DNA of 64,000 bases from Leptogorgia sarmentosa (GCA_964658305.1 OZ210884.1:6634001-6698000), one strand, 5' to 3'; positions 25,381-39,511 are shown, counted from the first letter of the stretch. The notes: a model not told the origin generated them from the letters alone. Numbers and translations are program-made.

Positions 25381-26149
25381 CTTTAGGTAGGTTATGTTTT
25401 TGAAATTCTTCTTCTTCTGCAATGAACTTAAGTTCAAATAAGATTTCGCACAGGCACCCGCAGTACTTATGTATTCAATTCGCACACAACCTAGCTGATC
25501 TAACCGTGAGTAAAAAAGGCCTGGAACTAGCTACCGAATAGAAATCCATTTTGTTATCTTTAAAATATGAAAAGAAAAGTCAACTTGCAATTGAACATAT
25601 GAATAAGAACAAGACAAACAACTGAAACTGTAAATTTTCGGTCATCGTCTTTGTAATCATATTCACGTATCAGAAAATAGATTTAAATAAACTATATTTC
25701 ATAACAGGTCTAGTAGTTTGGATCGAAGAATGGATTTGTACTCGATAACTGGAAGTTACGATCGTGTAATCGTACGTTTTATACCTGTTATAAAAAACCA
25801 AAGCTATCTATTTACCGAACAGATGATGGCCGTTAATAATAGTTAGGTTACAGAAACATTTAATTCATTTGGTCCAGTATAGTTTGGTCATGAGTCGAAT
25901 GATAAGACCGACTACTGGAACTATGAATAAAGAATCTATGAAGAATTGTAAATATAGTCTTTAAAATAGGAGAATTGACTTGAATAAAATTTGATTTTGA
26001 TCCACAACCGAACCGGCAGTTCACTCATCCTCTTGAATTGCATCACTGAGTAGAAATGATCATGGTTGCCAGCGTCATTTCTACTCTGTGACTGTATTAA
26101 GCCCGCGCTGCTGAAGGAAGATTTGACAACCAAAAACAGGGAATAACTT

Positions 26150-26379
26150 AGGCCCGTTTCAGACGTCGAACTTTTCATGTGCCGAACTTAATGTTTATTA
26201 GGTTCGACCAAGCCCGACCAGAGCAGTCGAACTTAACGTTTAGGTCGAGCTTAACATTTAGGTCGAGCTTAACATTTAGGTCGAACCTAATTCGTTTCAT
26301 ACGTCGAATTAACTTATCATGTGCTTCATTAAAACAATTAAGTTCGGCACATGAAAAGTTCGACGTCTGAAACGGGCCT
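26150..26379. mobile_element. PIF/Harbinger-like MITE with internal 18-bp tandem repeats
   Basis: aggcccgtttcagacgtcgaacttttcatgtgccgaactt inverted at both ends; TTA/TAA flanks. Confidence 0.8.
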
Positions 26380-26840
26380 AAGATTCAAATTCAACGCTTA
26401 GTAGTCCAGAACGTCCAGTTCAAATCTGAAATTGCCATTTTTCTTGGCATTGAAGGGAATACACATAATAAGATGCAAAAAAAGAAAATGTTTCCAAAAA
26501 TCAAAACCAGGCCTACCTATGTTAAAACCAAATAGAGTTCACAGAAGGATAATTTGTAGACTCCGCTTCTGATGAAAATTTATCTAATAATGCTCGAGTC
26601 TATATAGCAGTACCATATACGTAATTCCATATACGACAAATTCATAAAAAAATTGCAATTTGATGTATTTTTAAAAAAAACTAACAAAATGCGCAAACTA
26701 TTCCATCTGTTGTAGTGTTCTCATTCGCAGTCTAGTGTTGTTACTTCTTATAAATCTATAATTATAATCTAAATATATATAACATCTCGTATGACTGATA
26801 TCTAGCTCTATATTCAACCATGCAATGAGTCCATTTTGTA

Positions 26841-29800
26841 TCACGACGCCCAGTAATATAATGAGCCTATAGGTTTAGAGAGAGTGCAGTACTGCGCAAT
26901 AGCGGTTTCATGTTGCTCAATGTAATTTCCATCATCTAATTGATTGGTTTTCTCCAAACGGTGCTGAATAAAATGGTATTTCGGGAGATTCGTCACAGAT
27001 TGTTTGGATCTATCAAAAGAGTACAACATGTTCACATTTTATAAGCTATCAAAAGAAGTTGACGAGTTTTTAACAATGCTTTTACTTCGAATTCAATAAA
27101 ATACAATCATGACTTTGTTGGGAAAGCATCATCAAGTACAGCCAATATAGGTCGCTTTACTGCCAAATGTTGATCAACTTTCATCCTTATTAGATCCGGC
27201 ATTAACATAAGTACAAATGGCAATAATAGATAATGCGTACTTCACAAATAATGTTTCCATACGGCTAAATACATTGTATTTTACACTATATAATATTTGG
27301 CTGATTTTTGCCCTTAATTGAAAATTGCCCTACTTGGCCGTCGTTTTGTAAACACAAAATATATCTGATATTTCTACGGTACAAAGTCAAGGCTAGAAAA
27401 TATTTTACCTGTAAATTGTCTTCATGTGACAAGTATAATGGTTTCCAGCATCCAGTTTAAATGAAAGGAGAACTTCTCCAATAACAGCTCCGTTTCTTGG
27501 GTATACTGTCTCAAATGATGGTTCTATACCAAGGATTGATTTCTGCATCACTGGACCATTGTTAGGAAAATTTTCTCCCTTACATTCAACCATTGAAATA
27601 AATGACCCTTCTTTAAGACTACAGAAAGGCAGAATTTAATATAAGTTCAAAATTGACGTGAAAAAGAATTGATGAATGTGTAATAGCGAAGATCGAAATC
27701 CTTTTTCATAGCAAAACTAAAGAATGAGTTACCCTCAAATAGGAGTTGCCCTAAAAAGCGGCCAAAAGTCTTAAGTGTAAAAATAAATGAAGGAAAATAC
27801 ATATGTTAGCAATGAAGGAAAACCATGTCTTCAGCGAATTTTATTTAAGGAATAGAAAACATTTTCCATGTTTACATCGAGTTATGTAAACACGAGTGCA
27901 AGTTTGGGAGAAGGAGAAATGTGTTTCCAAACTTGCACGAGTGTTTACATAACTCAATGTAAACACCGAAAATTTTTCCTATTATTTTTATAAAATAACA
28001 CGATGACAAAAGCGGAATAACGGAATAGCGAGAAGCAGCGGGAAATAGCTGTGTTTAATACCATTGACTGGTTTAATACATAATCTCACATCAACACGGC
28101 TGTTAGCCAATTCACGCGCGCGCAGTCTTTTTCACTTACTTCCGCGGTTATTTTATAAATAGAGATGTTGGACACTACAACGTACGTAGATTAAGCAACG
28201 AGGGTTTTATCTTAATTTCAGTAAACGTCAAAGTTAGAAAGTTAGAAGTACTGATTTGCAATCATTTAGTGGTTGGTGGGATTTTGAACAATCACGTTTT
28301 ATTCAGTACAGTTTATATGGTACCTAACGTCACTGCGAGCATCAAAAGTGGCGCCATCTTCAAAACGAAGAGATCTTTCCATCGTAAAACCAGCTGGAAA
28401 ACTTTGCCTGAAGAAGCTGGGTATTTCTTTCGGATAATTAGTGAACGTTCGATTTCCATATTGAAAACATGTGGAGAGAATGTCAAATGAAAAAGGCAGA
28501 GGGCCACCTTTAGTGATTCGGATTTGGACCATCTGGTTGCCACTTCAAATTAAAATAAATTCGAGTAATGTTAGAATACATCTCTCTCCCCCCCCCCCCC
28601 CCCCTCTCCCAAGACCAAAAACAATGAGGAAGCCATTAAATGTCCGACATGAAATGAACGCAGAAACATCCAAAATTTCTATCTGATAAATTAGCCAATC
28701 AGGGTCAAGTAATTTCCCCCTTGAATTAAGAAAAAATGCTCTCCTCATTAGCTGGTCAAGTTTTAGTAATTTGGTCCCCATATGATTTATTACAGTAATA
28801 AATCATATATACTGAGGAGTGGGCTGCGACTCTCACGAGGCGCCGAGCGAAAAAAATTTGAATATTTGGGGTCTCTAGATCGCCGGAAATGGCCATTTTA
28901 ACTTTAGGAAACGAGAATTTTTTGGATGGCGTTGAATATTGGGGAACACTGCTGTCCAATATGTCAATTTCTATAACAAAGCTTTCCTTGATTTTTCTGC
29001 AGCAAATCTTTTATTATTACTGCCAATTAGGGGCCTATTTTACGTTGGGGCCTGGAGTCGCAGTCCCATCTGCCCCTAGTCTTAGTCCCATCCGCCCCTC
29101 GTGTTAATCCGGCCCTGAGTATATATACACATTTAGAAGTTTGTCAAATTATTTAATTGTTTTAAGAAGGTCGAAGGTTAGAAGGTTGAGGATTGGCAGG
29201 TTATTTCTGCAGTTAAGCAGATTATTTCCTACAAGTGGTTTAATAATTCCTACATGCTATACACAAACCGTAGTAAATTTATGTGAAACATACGCAAGAA
29301 TATTTCCTTTTCCCATGCCTTCGGCTGAAAACATGTGACTGTTCACCATGCCCTCAAGATTCACTTTGAAATCCAGCAATTCCTGTAAGCCTTGTTTCTC
29401 AATGGTTTCCTGGAAAAAAGTGTTTTTGAGCCGGTCATGGAACATGTTTCATTTTGTCTGCAGGGAGGATTCAGGGAGATTTCGTCTGCAGGGAGGATTG
29501 ATATACGTGATATGTATACTACAGTACAGGATGTCATAAAAAGAACAGAACCCGTATAAATAATTATGCATTCATTAAAAACGAAATCGTTTTGTTGAAT
29601 CACAGTATTTTTATCCTGTTTTGTTTTTACCTATACGTACACACAATATGAAATCCCAGAGGCGCATAAATATCAGGTTTGTCAAACTAATGTGAATAAT
29701 AATTACATTGTGGGTAAAATGTCATTCATTACATGATTAGGTTCCGTTTATTTTTTGCATGAGACACCCTAATAGTCCCTATATAATAGAGAGGTTAAGA

Positions 29801-30740
29801 TACCCCGATTTCCGCAAACGGGTACGGGTAGCGTTATTTTTTTTAATGAAATTTGCATCTTTGCATTTAAATTTAATGATCAATGTATCTGTTCTTTCGT
29901 AAAAGACCATAGGCTGATGAAACAAGCAGAAAAGATTGGATCAAACATGCAAATACCGCAAAAAATTTCACTAACAAGATCTAGAAGCCAATTTTTAATA
30001 ATAGTTTTTTATATTTTGCAGTTTGAAAGCCATAATTCGCATTCATTTTGAGGAATGTTTACAAACTTGAAATTTTAAACGGAGGAAGGTTGAACACATT
30101 TTGAACTCTGGATTTTATCGATTACTTTTATAATCTTTTAGCACAGGATGTTTTAATTATTTGTTTTTAACATAAACTGAAACGAATCGATTTTCATACA
30201 GTGTATGCACTGACCTACAAATATGAAAGTATGAACGTGCAAATCATAGGACTAGTGGACCTAGTGGACCTAACGTACTGATCCGTATACTCAACATTAA
30301 GGTCTGATTCCTGATTCCGGTAAAATCCTTCGTGAAAATTTGCCGGATAATGCACAATGTACTCGTCTTAATTCAAAAGATTGAAAATTCGTCTGTCTTT
30401 CAACAGTTTGAAAAACAACAGGCCAAGAATAACCTAGCTTATTTAATCGAAAATTATTGAAATTTTATTGGAAAGTGACTCCTTTCAGATTGATTTTTCT
30501 TTCCATCGTGCGTAGAATTGATTTTCAACGGAAAATGTTAGGTCTGTACCGTTTAAATTTGGAGAGTATAATATGAATAATTGCACTGAATCCTCTCTCG
30601 AATCCTTCAGGATAGACTTGCTTCGCCATTGAGCATTCGACATACACAGTTTCTCTGAAAGGATTTCACTGCCGTGGAATTAGACCTTTGTCTTCAATAT
30701 ACACAATTTATCTTATCCACATATATGACGGACTTACCAT
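26841..30740 (-). CDS. GFP-like fluorescent protein, sea-pen (Renilla/Ptilosarcus) type, 238 aa, chromophore Gln-Tyr-Gly
   Basis: Exons 30740-30738 (ATG|gtaagt, inferred), 29409-29294, 28542-28324, 27618-27409 and 27009-26841 sum to 717 nt in frame; motifs GGPLPFSFDILSTCFQYGNR, ERSLRFEDG, GPVMQK, HFIQHRLEK, EQHETAIAQ. Confidence 0.95.
27851..27983. repeat. Palindromic repeat in a GFP intron
   Basis: tgtttacatcgagttatgtaaacacgagtgcaagtttgg / ccaaacttgcacgagtgtttacataactcaatgtaaaca; related fragment near 6845-6910. Confidence 0.65.
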
Positions 30741-31480
30741 TCTCCTCTGCTCGAAATAACCGACGATATTTTACCACTGTTTTTCTGCGCTGCACTGTAC
30801 TTCAACAAAATCCGCTCAACTAGAAAATGTATCGTTGTTTAGTCGAGAAAAGGATCAACATTATTTTGATATTTTGAAAAACATCGAGGGGAAATATCAA
30901 AATACAGACAAAGAGGGAAAAAACTGACTTGATTATGGTAATGCAGAACCTTAGCGATAATGCCGAAATGTATTTGATTGGCTGAAATTGAAATTTCCTA
31001 CTTACGGTTTATTTGGCCCCGTGGCAAGATGTTACTTGTGATGAGATAATGATCGCTGTTTTAATTACACCGGAAGATCTTTCACCTGCCGGGTTGGGGT
31101 TGTTTACACTTTTTAATTGAAGTTTATAGGAAAGTAATTTTGGACGACCAGCTCAGAACCTTGCCAATTTGTCCGCACGTACTGGGAACAGAGAAAGGAG
31201 CGACTTGATTAGCTCGCGACAAACTTTGACGATCTCAACAACGAATCTCATCCAGCGGTTCGTCGAAAACAGGCTCAATCAATCTCTAATCCTGACCTTA
31301 AAACCAACCTTAGTCCCAACCTCATTGGCTGTTCTGCATGACTAATCCTAGTGACTACCCTTTGGAGACAAAATTATAAGGAAAGTGACCCGGCCGTCAA
31401 GGGCGTAATGTGAGAGGGCAAGTCCGCATGGGAGGGTTGAACACCCACGCCCCCAATAAGCTGTTATAGTATAACTCCCT

Positions 31481-31887
31481 TCTATAGAAATCAGCTCTCT
31501 TGTTGACAAACGTGCGTTGTTATAGCGTTGAGAATAATTATTCTCTAATTGAATGGCTCATGAACGACAAAAGTATTTATAACAGCACACGCTTTTGTTG
31601 TTGTTCATCAGAAGTTAATTTAAATTTGTGGTTTCTATAAGGGGACTTTTTGAGGACACCCTTAATGGGGTGTCCCAAAAAAAGTGACCTCTATAGAAAT
31701 CACTCTTTTGTTGTTAATCTCGGTTTATTGCACCTCTGGAAATTTAAATTAGCTTTTGACGAACAGCAACAAAAGTTCTGTCGTTTATGAGCCATTCAAT
31801 TATAATTATTATATTCTCAAAGGCATAGGAACGCACGTTTGAAAACAAAAGAGCTGATTTCTATAGAGGTCACTTTTTGGGGACACG
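31481..31887. mobile_element. Two adjacent Tc1/mariner-type MITE copies
   Basis: ggggtgtcccaaaaaaagtgacctctatagaaatc...gatttctatagaggtcactttttggggacac TIRs; duplicated internal sequence; fragment also at ~54840-54910. Confidence 0.7.
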
Positions 31888-33187
31888 TACCTGTACATCT
31901 GAGTACGTTTTTTTATGCCGAATGACTTGAAACTCCCACAGGGAAGTATTTGATATCGTCTGTTTATTTGACAAACTTCGTACCTACTATGACATATATT
32001 CAGGCAACGTCAGTGCGATCAAATGATGAATGCAGCTAATTTGAATTTCAAAAATATCAGTTTTTTCTGACTTATCCTGTATGTGGTAGGGAACGGATAA
32101 TAACATCAACTAGTTGGAAAAGTGATTCTACTCACTTCTTGAACAATATCAACAGATTCAACATTTCGAAAAGAAAAAGGCCCTTCGTCGAAATTAGTTC
32201 GGTCACACAAACCCCCGACGAAGGACTTTGCTCCAATTAAATGTTGAACCTTCAAAGTGGTGAGTAGAACTTTTGCAGCTTGTTTACATTGATATAAAAT
32301 TACCAGTGGTGGTGTTGACGTGTTTTTGCTTGTAGAATATTGTGGTAAATGCAACTTTGACCTTAACACTGCATGAGCAAATGGTATTTCGTTCGTTTAT
32401 TGGCTTTCGTCAATAAAGTTTTTAACCTCCCCCTACCTTCCCCCCTCCATCGAAATTATTGTATGATCTATATGTGTGACTAAAGCACACAAAAATGATT
32501 GAGTCCCGATTGTCTTCCATCGGTAAATCGGTAAATCAGTATTGTTGTCAGATCCCACATATCCTATGCAAACTTTATGAATTTTTCCGTATGTCGCTGT
32601 TATCATCATAATACTGATACAACCTGCTGCATTTGCAATTCAAATTGTATTCACTAATTAAGTAATGTGTTCGAAATTTGCATAGGAATTACTATAACAG
32701 AATCTCCACGCTATGCATACTGTTAATATTAGCGTGCAGTGATAAATGTTTAATATTTGGTTGTTGTGTCTTTCTTGTCATCGATTCATCGCACGAAAGT
32801 TGTATTGGTATCTCTTCACTTTTATTAAACTCAATCTCGCTTTCACAATTCAGTTTCTAGTCATAATCAGTTGTCGATATCATTGAATTCCTACTACGAT
32901 GCTTTAATGAGTAAAGTATTCCCATTGTAGGCTAGCACATCCACAGATCGGCGTGGAGATGTTTGAAGTTTAATATTGGCAACTGTTTTGAAGCACTTAA
33001 GATTCAAGAGGTAAGTGTTCCAGTTATTTAAAGATGCATGAGATCCAATATAATTTTTGCCAAATTTGATATATCGATATTATATTTTATTTCCTGTTTG
33101 AAATAGTAAAGTATTTGTGATATTTGTATAATATGATGAGGTATTTCCGTGATCTCGTAGATCGGCTGAATTGGATACTTTAATAAT

Positions 33188-34000
33188 ATGGCTTTGTGGC
33201 GAAGACATCGTTTTATTAGTTTGGAAGAACAGGACGGCAAAGATAAAATTGAAGCAGGATCTCAGTTTATTGTCAAACGTGTTGGCTCGACCTGTGTGAA
33301 CGATTTAGACATGAAAAGTTCGGAGCAGAATTTGATAGAATTCTATAAAGGCCTACTAGATTTATTTCATTTCGAACACGGTTGTAAACTGAGGCTAATT
33401 GTTGATTTAAGTGGAGCTGTATTGTGCAGTAAGGAGGGGACTCTGCTGCAAAAATTTGAACTGGCAAATATCCGCGATGTCATATACTCAACGAAGAAAG
33501 AAGAATATTGTCGATATTTTATACTTGTCGCCCGAGAAGAAAGCGAATTAACTGTGAAAGCTCATGTATTATTCTGCGAGGATAAGCAGAAGGCGAAATT
33601 ACTCTATGACACATTCATCGAGGTGTTTACATTGGGTGCAGAGATGAGAAAACTCGGAAGACAAGCCATGAGTGATAGTAGTGCACTAAAAGAAACGGTT
33701 AAACGAAAACCCAGGACGAAAAGTGAATCGGCAAACAACAGTGACGATAATGCTGCAGCTGTATATAGTCAAGCAAATACAGAAACTCTCGGTCATGCCG
33801 ACATGCCACGACGACAGACATGGAGCAGCTCAAGCATGACCCGTCCGCGACAAAGAACTGAGGAGAGTCACAATGAGTTGAATGATAGTTTTACAGAGCT
33901 TGCTTTGTCTCGCACTAACACAACCTCTAGCCAAAAATCACATAGCATTGATATTGGTGGTAATAAGGTACTGAGGCAATATTCAGATGTTTTTATGTGA
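33188..34000 (+). CDS. Second PTB/PID-domain adaptor protein (FAM43-like), 270 aa, single coding exon
   Basis: FIVKRVGST start and VKAHVLFCEDKQKAKLLYDTFIEVF end fit the PTB fold pattern; 5'UTR intron gtaagt 33011 to ag 33160. Confidence 0.75.
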   Translation: MALWRRHRFISLEEQDGKDKIEAGSQFIVKRVGSTCVNDLDMKSSEQNLIEFYKGLLDLFHFEHGCKLRLIVDLSGAVLCSKEGTLLQKFELANIRDVIYSTKKEEYCRYFILVAREESELTVKAHVLFCEDKQKAKLLYDTFIEVFTLGAEMRKLGRQAMSDSSALKETVKRKPRTKSESANNSDDNAAAVYSQANTETLGHADMPRRQTWSSSSMTRPRQRTEESHNELNDSFTELALSRTNTTSSQKSHSIDIGGNKVLRQYSDVFM

Positions 34001-35438
34001 ATTCAATATTCAATATTCAGATATTTTAGTAGTAGTAGTAAATAAATTTTTAAATTTCATTATGTAGCCTGTATATTATGAATAACAACATCAACAAGCA
34101 GCAAAATTTCTTCTCATTTATACTTGAACGTCGGATTTGCTCCTTCGTCGGACTTATTGTATTGTTAATTGTTTCACTTGGGTATATCGTAACTATCGTT
34201 TTGCTGCATGCTTGTCAATCCTAAGCACAATGATCTTGCAAGTGGAACTCACAGCAGTTGACGGAAAATGAAAAGTAATAAGCTCTTCTTAGAAATGGAT
34301 AAAAGCATCGAACAACATGCAGTGGATTCTCAAAACAATGGCATGGCTAGACAATTCATTAATTCCGCCTACAGGATGCGTGGGCAGATATCAATTAACA
34401 AGATAGATTGCGAGCTTGAGTTTTCTACGAGGCGACAGTTGATGAGGGCAAAGTTCTACTATCAACTCATAGAAATCAAACACAAAATATTTCACAAAAA
34501 ATAAATTATAAACGCCAGGTAGATGGCATTTTTAAGAAACAAGGCACCAGGGAATTAGGGTTTAGTTTTTCTCGATAGCTACTCGCTATATCGAGATATA
34601 CATGGTGTCCCAATTTTTTGGAACATGCTCCCCGTAGATAGCAAAATATAGCAGAGTAGTCAATGAAATTGCAACACACTGCGTGACAATCGGACATCAC
34701 TTTTTAAATTTTAAATATTCCCAGAACGGTAAGAAAGATGTAAAATAATAATTTTCTTCATAATTTCAAAGTTCTCTGAGACAAGAGAAGTTAAATTTTT
34801 ATTGCCTTATCGTAGTTATCTGTTCAACTTTCCCCAGCTAGTGTTTACCTTGCTTCTCTGGTAAATGAATGAAAAGCTTAATTATTGCTGAAATGCTTTA
34901 ACTACACAACCAATCGAAAATTACAGTGGCCACCTTCGATGAAGACGCTAAAGCAACACTCATTGGGGTCACCAGGGAGGGGATACTGGGGGATACTGGG
35001 GAACTCGTCTCCCCCGGTTGCGTTGATTACGGTTTTGAGATTTTCTGAATCTGAAGTGAAAAGTTTGGAAGAGTTATCAGTATAGAGAGAGACATTATAG
35101 ATAAGAATGAGTTGGATACCGTCTTGTTGACACTTTCAGATTAGCTTAAAATAGAAAGCAACCCTCCTGAAGTACTGAAGACTGTTTACATTGAAGACTG
35201 TTAGTCTGTTAACAATTAGCAATGAGACCTTGCGACCTTTTATTATAGTTGGCGGAACAAGTCTCTGCAGTAAATGCTAAAATCGTGTCATATATAATTA
35301 CTGAATTACTGATTTATTGCAGTAAATCCATACGGCCAGCATACATAATACACACAATTTTGTTTAAATCAACAGTACTTAGCTTGGTAATGAAGTAACT
35401 TAATTTTAAGATAGCGTTGTGAAGTAGTTACATATTTA

Positions 35439-37237
35439 TTATATATTTTTTGAACTTGTAGCACACTTTCCATTGTTATTGTTGCTTTGGGGTGATACGC
35501 TGGCTCCTGATACTTGTTTGACGTCACTGGTCTTGCTGGTGGAGAATCGTTTCCACTTCTCTGCCAAATCTAAACAGCAAAAAAGCGAAGAAAAGGCGTT
35601 GAAAACTATGCAGATGAACGATCGATATTGCTCTCTGACTAAATCCTAAATATTCCCGAGAAAAACCAGATGCTGGCCAATTTCAGTAGAAGGAAGGGAA
35701 ATTTTTTTAAAACAACTACTGCTAGGTATTAATTCAAAAAATATGAACAAATTAATGGGAGTTAATTCACCTATTGGAGGTATTTGAGTCTATCCTTGAA
35801 GATTGAAGAGTATTGAATAAATTAATTTGGCTGTTCGGTGGCAGGTGGGTTCGAAAAACTTGCCGAAAGAAGCAATCAAACAGACGATATTTAACACAGA
35901 TATTGGGTCAATATTTGGTAAGACTTATAGTTGTGAACTGGACTTAAATAACTTTTACTTCAAGTCAGTTTATATTTTAACTGAGTACAGTAAACGCACT
36001 GATAATGCCCGCGCAAGAATCGAAAAGTCATGTTCACCACTGAAAATTTTACTTAATTTACATATTTGTACTTACTGTCACAGTGCCTTGCGTTTTCCTG
36101 CATTAAAAAGTCTGTTCTTCCTTGCTCTAGGTCAACTTTATCAAGCAACGACAAGGTGTATTCGTAGAAACGTTTCTGAACTTTTGCTAACGACACGACA
36201 ATGCAGGGCACCACAATCAAAGTGAAGCACAGGAGCAACGAACGAATGATGAGTTGATTTGTGCATTCTTGAATTTTCTCGTCTACCTTCTTCATAATCA
36301 AGTCAGCCAGCTGTTTTTGAAGTTCTAGCATCAGATTACTGTATATAGTCATGAGGTCGAACCATTCATAAGCCGCCGCCACATCCTCCGACGATTTGCT
36401 GTATAATTCACTTGACAGGCTGTTTCTTTTCTCTTCAATCTTTTTCATCGTTTGCAAATTGTTAGCAAAAACACTGGTATGGATTGCTTTTAATTCTTCC
36501 GAAAACAAGAAGCCTGTCTTGAGGTAGTTTTCAGCAAGGACACGCTTCCTGTTGTACCAGAATGTATCTGTAACAGTAAAGTTCTCGCCATGAGTGAGTT
36601 TGAGTCCGCCCACAGCACGTTCCATGCCAGCTTCTTCTTTACTTAAAACCAACATTTCGTATGCGTAAAACAAGTGAGAATAGTCTTCCAAGTTTTCAGA
36701 TTCTACGAATTTTGACATCCAAGAGATGAGTTTTTCTGTCCATGTTTTATATTGCTGCAAAATCTCGATGATATTAGCTCTTCCTTGATCGATTTCGCTT
36801 CTCCAGTTTTCCAAGATATGCTGAAAGGACCTCTTATTTCCTTCAAAGTTCTGGAGCCTGGCATCAGCTCGCTTCTGGAGCAGGAGAATGCTTTGATTTG
36901 TTTTTCGGCGAATTTCATCAAGCGCGAGCCTTTGTGTTTTGAAATTTAGCTGCTTGTAACCGAGTTGCACGACTGTCATTCCTCTTTCTTCCTGTAAGTT
37001 GTGGATAACTGTTGCCGTTACGATGCTCCCTTGCATTTTATAATTTAGCTTGATTTTCTTTTGAAAGGATTTTGCCGTTCCTGTCACGTCAACGATGATG
37101 AGTGCCACGGTCACAACAGAAACAAACGCGATGACGATCAACTTTGCTAACTGATATCGTCTGTCTTTCTTCGATACATCTTTTTTGTGGCTGTCGTTGT
37201 TAGAACCAGACTGCGGGGAACTTGGAGAGACTTCCAT
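35439..37237 (-). CDS. TM-NIT-TM membrane protein 1 (430 aa), no cyclase domain
   Basis: Exons 37237-36076 and 35569-35439; NIT motifs IHNLQEERGMT and KEEAGMERAVG; hydrophobic helices LIVIAFVSVVTVALIIV and LLLCFTLIVVPCIVVSL; exon 2 reads NLAEKWKRF...KNI*. Confidence 0.85.
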
Positions 37238-38807
37238 GTTTAAAATCACCGAGGCTAGGCACGAGCCTGGAAAAATCGTGGGAAAAAGACTCTGAATATG
37301 GTGGAAAATGGATAAAAATAACCTTTTGGACAAGTCAGCAATATTAAGAATAAACTCATGAAGCATAACAAAAGGATATAAAAATATAGCAACATGTAAA
37401 GCGATGAGAAAAACATAACAATTAACTCATTGTTTATAGATACAGTGTGGGAAAATGAGCCATGCATCCTGTATAATGAAATGTATTTTCTTTTTGTTTT
37501 TTCCGCCGACAAATTATTGTAACAATGTTACCTTAATGAGGATCTATATGCCACAAAAACAAGCTGCGTTCAATTCGCTGCGTTACATTCATTTTATTTT
37601 GGCAAAGGTTGAATTTGCGGTTTCTAGTAATTCAAGCTGATTGATGTATTTACTGAACAACTTGGAAAAACCCAAGCCTTCGACGTATTCAACGAAATAA
37701 AAATGACTTCTCAGTTTCAAAAAGACAATCGAGTCATTTTAACTCAATATACAATCATAGCCATCAGTAGGATGAATTAACTGTATGCTGATGGAAAGCA
37801 GCTGTTTAATCTGAACGTGTGAAGTTTCTGTTTAAACTTTATGTTAGAATTTTCTGTTTCTGTTATACTAATATTATTCTTTCCTATCGCGTTGTTTAAA
37901 TTTTTGTTAAAATTAAAAATCCTCGCTTTTTAAGCCGTCTGTTAGATTGGAAGCGGATTGTATGGAAAAGTCGAACAGTTCAACTACATATAAATTAATT
38001 TTAAATCCAAGAAAATTACAACAACTATCTGGTAAAGATGGAAATATTGTATTCTTTTGCGAAAATCTGAACATATATTTGAATATGCATTATGTATAGT
38101 ATTTAGTAAAAGACGGACAATTACTTTATGTAAAATGCCCGGGGCTTACAAAACGAATGACGAAAGCTTTGCGGATATAAGTTAATATACTTATATGAAA
38201 CTTTGGCACAAGCGAAAAATTAAATTGTCGCCGTGTAAAACACAAGAAAATTAGTTACTAGCCAATGTACAGTGTATACTTGACTTCAAGTGAGACAATA
38301 GTTCTCTTCATCCTGGATTGCTGATGCATGAAATTAAAGTATAGCTTCGCTTCCTGCACTTTTAATTACATAAATCATTTGTTCCAGGTGATCTCAATAC
38401 ACGGAAAAGGACTGGGACTAGCTGTCAAAACAAATCCATTTTTCGATTGAAACAAGTGAATATCCCCCAAAATATACTTTATTTCGATTCCATATTTTTG
38501 TCAGGGCTATAGTTCTCATATGATAACATAAATACACATAATTTCTGTTTATTGAATGCTTCGTACCTATGGGATATTCAGGCAACGTCGGTACGATTAA
38601 ATGATGGAATGCAGCTAATTTGAATTTCAAACATCAGTTTTTTAAATTGACTCAACAGCGTTTTTTTTTAATGTTTTTTACTCATTTTTTATACGTCTCT
38701 ATAAAGGTTTTATGCATCTTTGTGTTCGATTTTAGTGCTAAGACATTTAAATTCGAACAACTGATTTCTTCAATGGTTTGCTATTAATTTGATTGAAACG
38801 CCCTGTA

Positions 38808-39511
38808 CAAGGTGTCCCAAAAAATCCAAAATCAACGATATTAATGTATTGTTTGAATTTGAATGCCCGCGTGCATTAAAGAATTCAAGTAAATCAGTAA
38901 ATCATCAGTGTATTTAAATTCATCTGACAAGCATAGTTGCTTCGAATCATTTAGCGAGCCATAAAACAAAAAAATTTCTAGTTTTGGGACCAAATTATAA
39001 TTATGACTGATTTGAATTTTAAAGACGAGCCATTTTCGATACACCCCGTGGCTGTCATAAGGTTGATGTAACCTTTCATAATCAATGACATGGGCGTAGC
39101 ACGGGGGGGGGGAGGGGTGATGAGGGGGCTTAGCCCCCACAAAAAAGACTTGCCTTTTTTTGCAAAATATAATTATTCTACTCTATAATTGTGTCGATGT
39201 TAATCAATGAAATATTTCATATCAATCTGAAATCGACAGTTATTCTTTGGTTCATATTAAAATCACTCAATTCAATTGACATTGTTAATGTCATTGTCAT
39301 CCTTCACCAGTTAAAATTTAGCCCATTCATGATATCAAAATAGACTGAATGATGAATGCCCAAATCATTGGAAATGGCATTTTTGGGGTTTTACTTTTCA
39401 AAAATTTCCGGAGGAAACCCCCGAACCCCCCTATATCAATGATCAATACTAGGGCATTGAAATTCTAACGATGGTGTGTTTCAATGATTTTAGGGTTTTT
39501 GGGATACCCTA
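38808..39511. mobile_element. Tc1/mariner-like MITE with a nested hAT-like fragment (~39089-39433)
   Basis: caaggtgtcccaaaaaatccaaaatca / tgattttagggtttttgggataccct termini; inner catgggcgtagc...G-rich segment like the 1054 element. Confidence 0.55.

Noticed and set aside
26221..26290. 18-bp tandem repeats resembling a CRISPR array or repeat-coding ORF
   Set aside because: No unique spacers; internal to a MITE in a eukaryotic genome
29410..29445. MFHDRLKNTFFQ as the GFP N-terminus
   Set aside because: Overlaps a good polypyrimidine-AG acceptor; an ATG-only exon at 30740 gives the expected 238-aa length, though this alternative is not fully excluded
37238..37366. Longer N-terminus of NIT-1 in the ORF track
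   Set aside because: A splice acceptor (ttttccag) near 37267 and alignment with the paralogs point to the ATG at 37237
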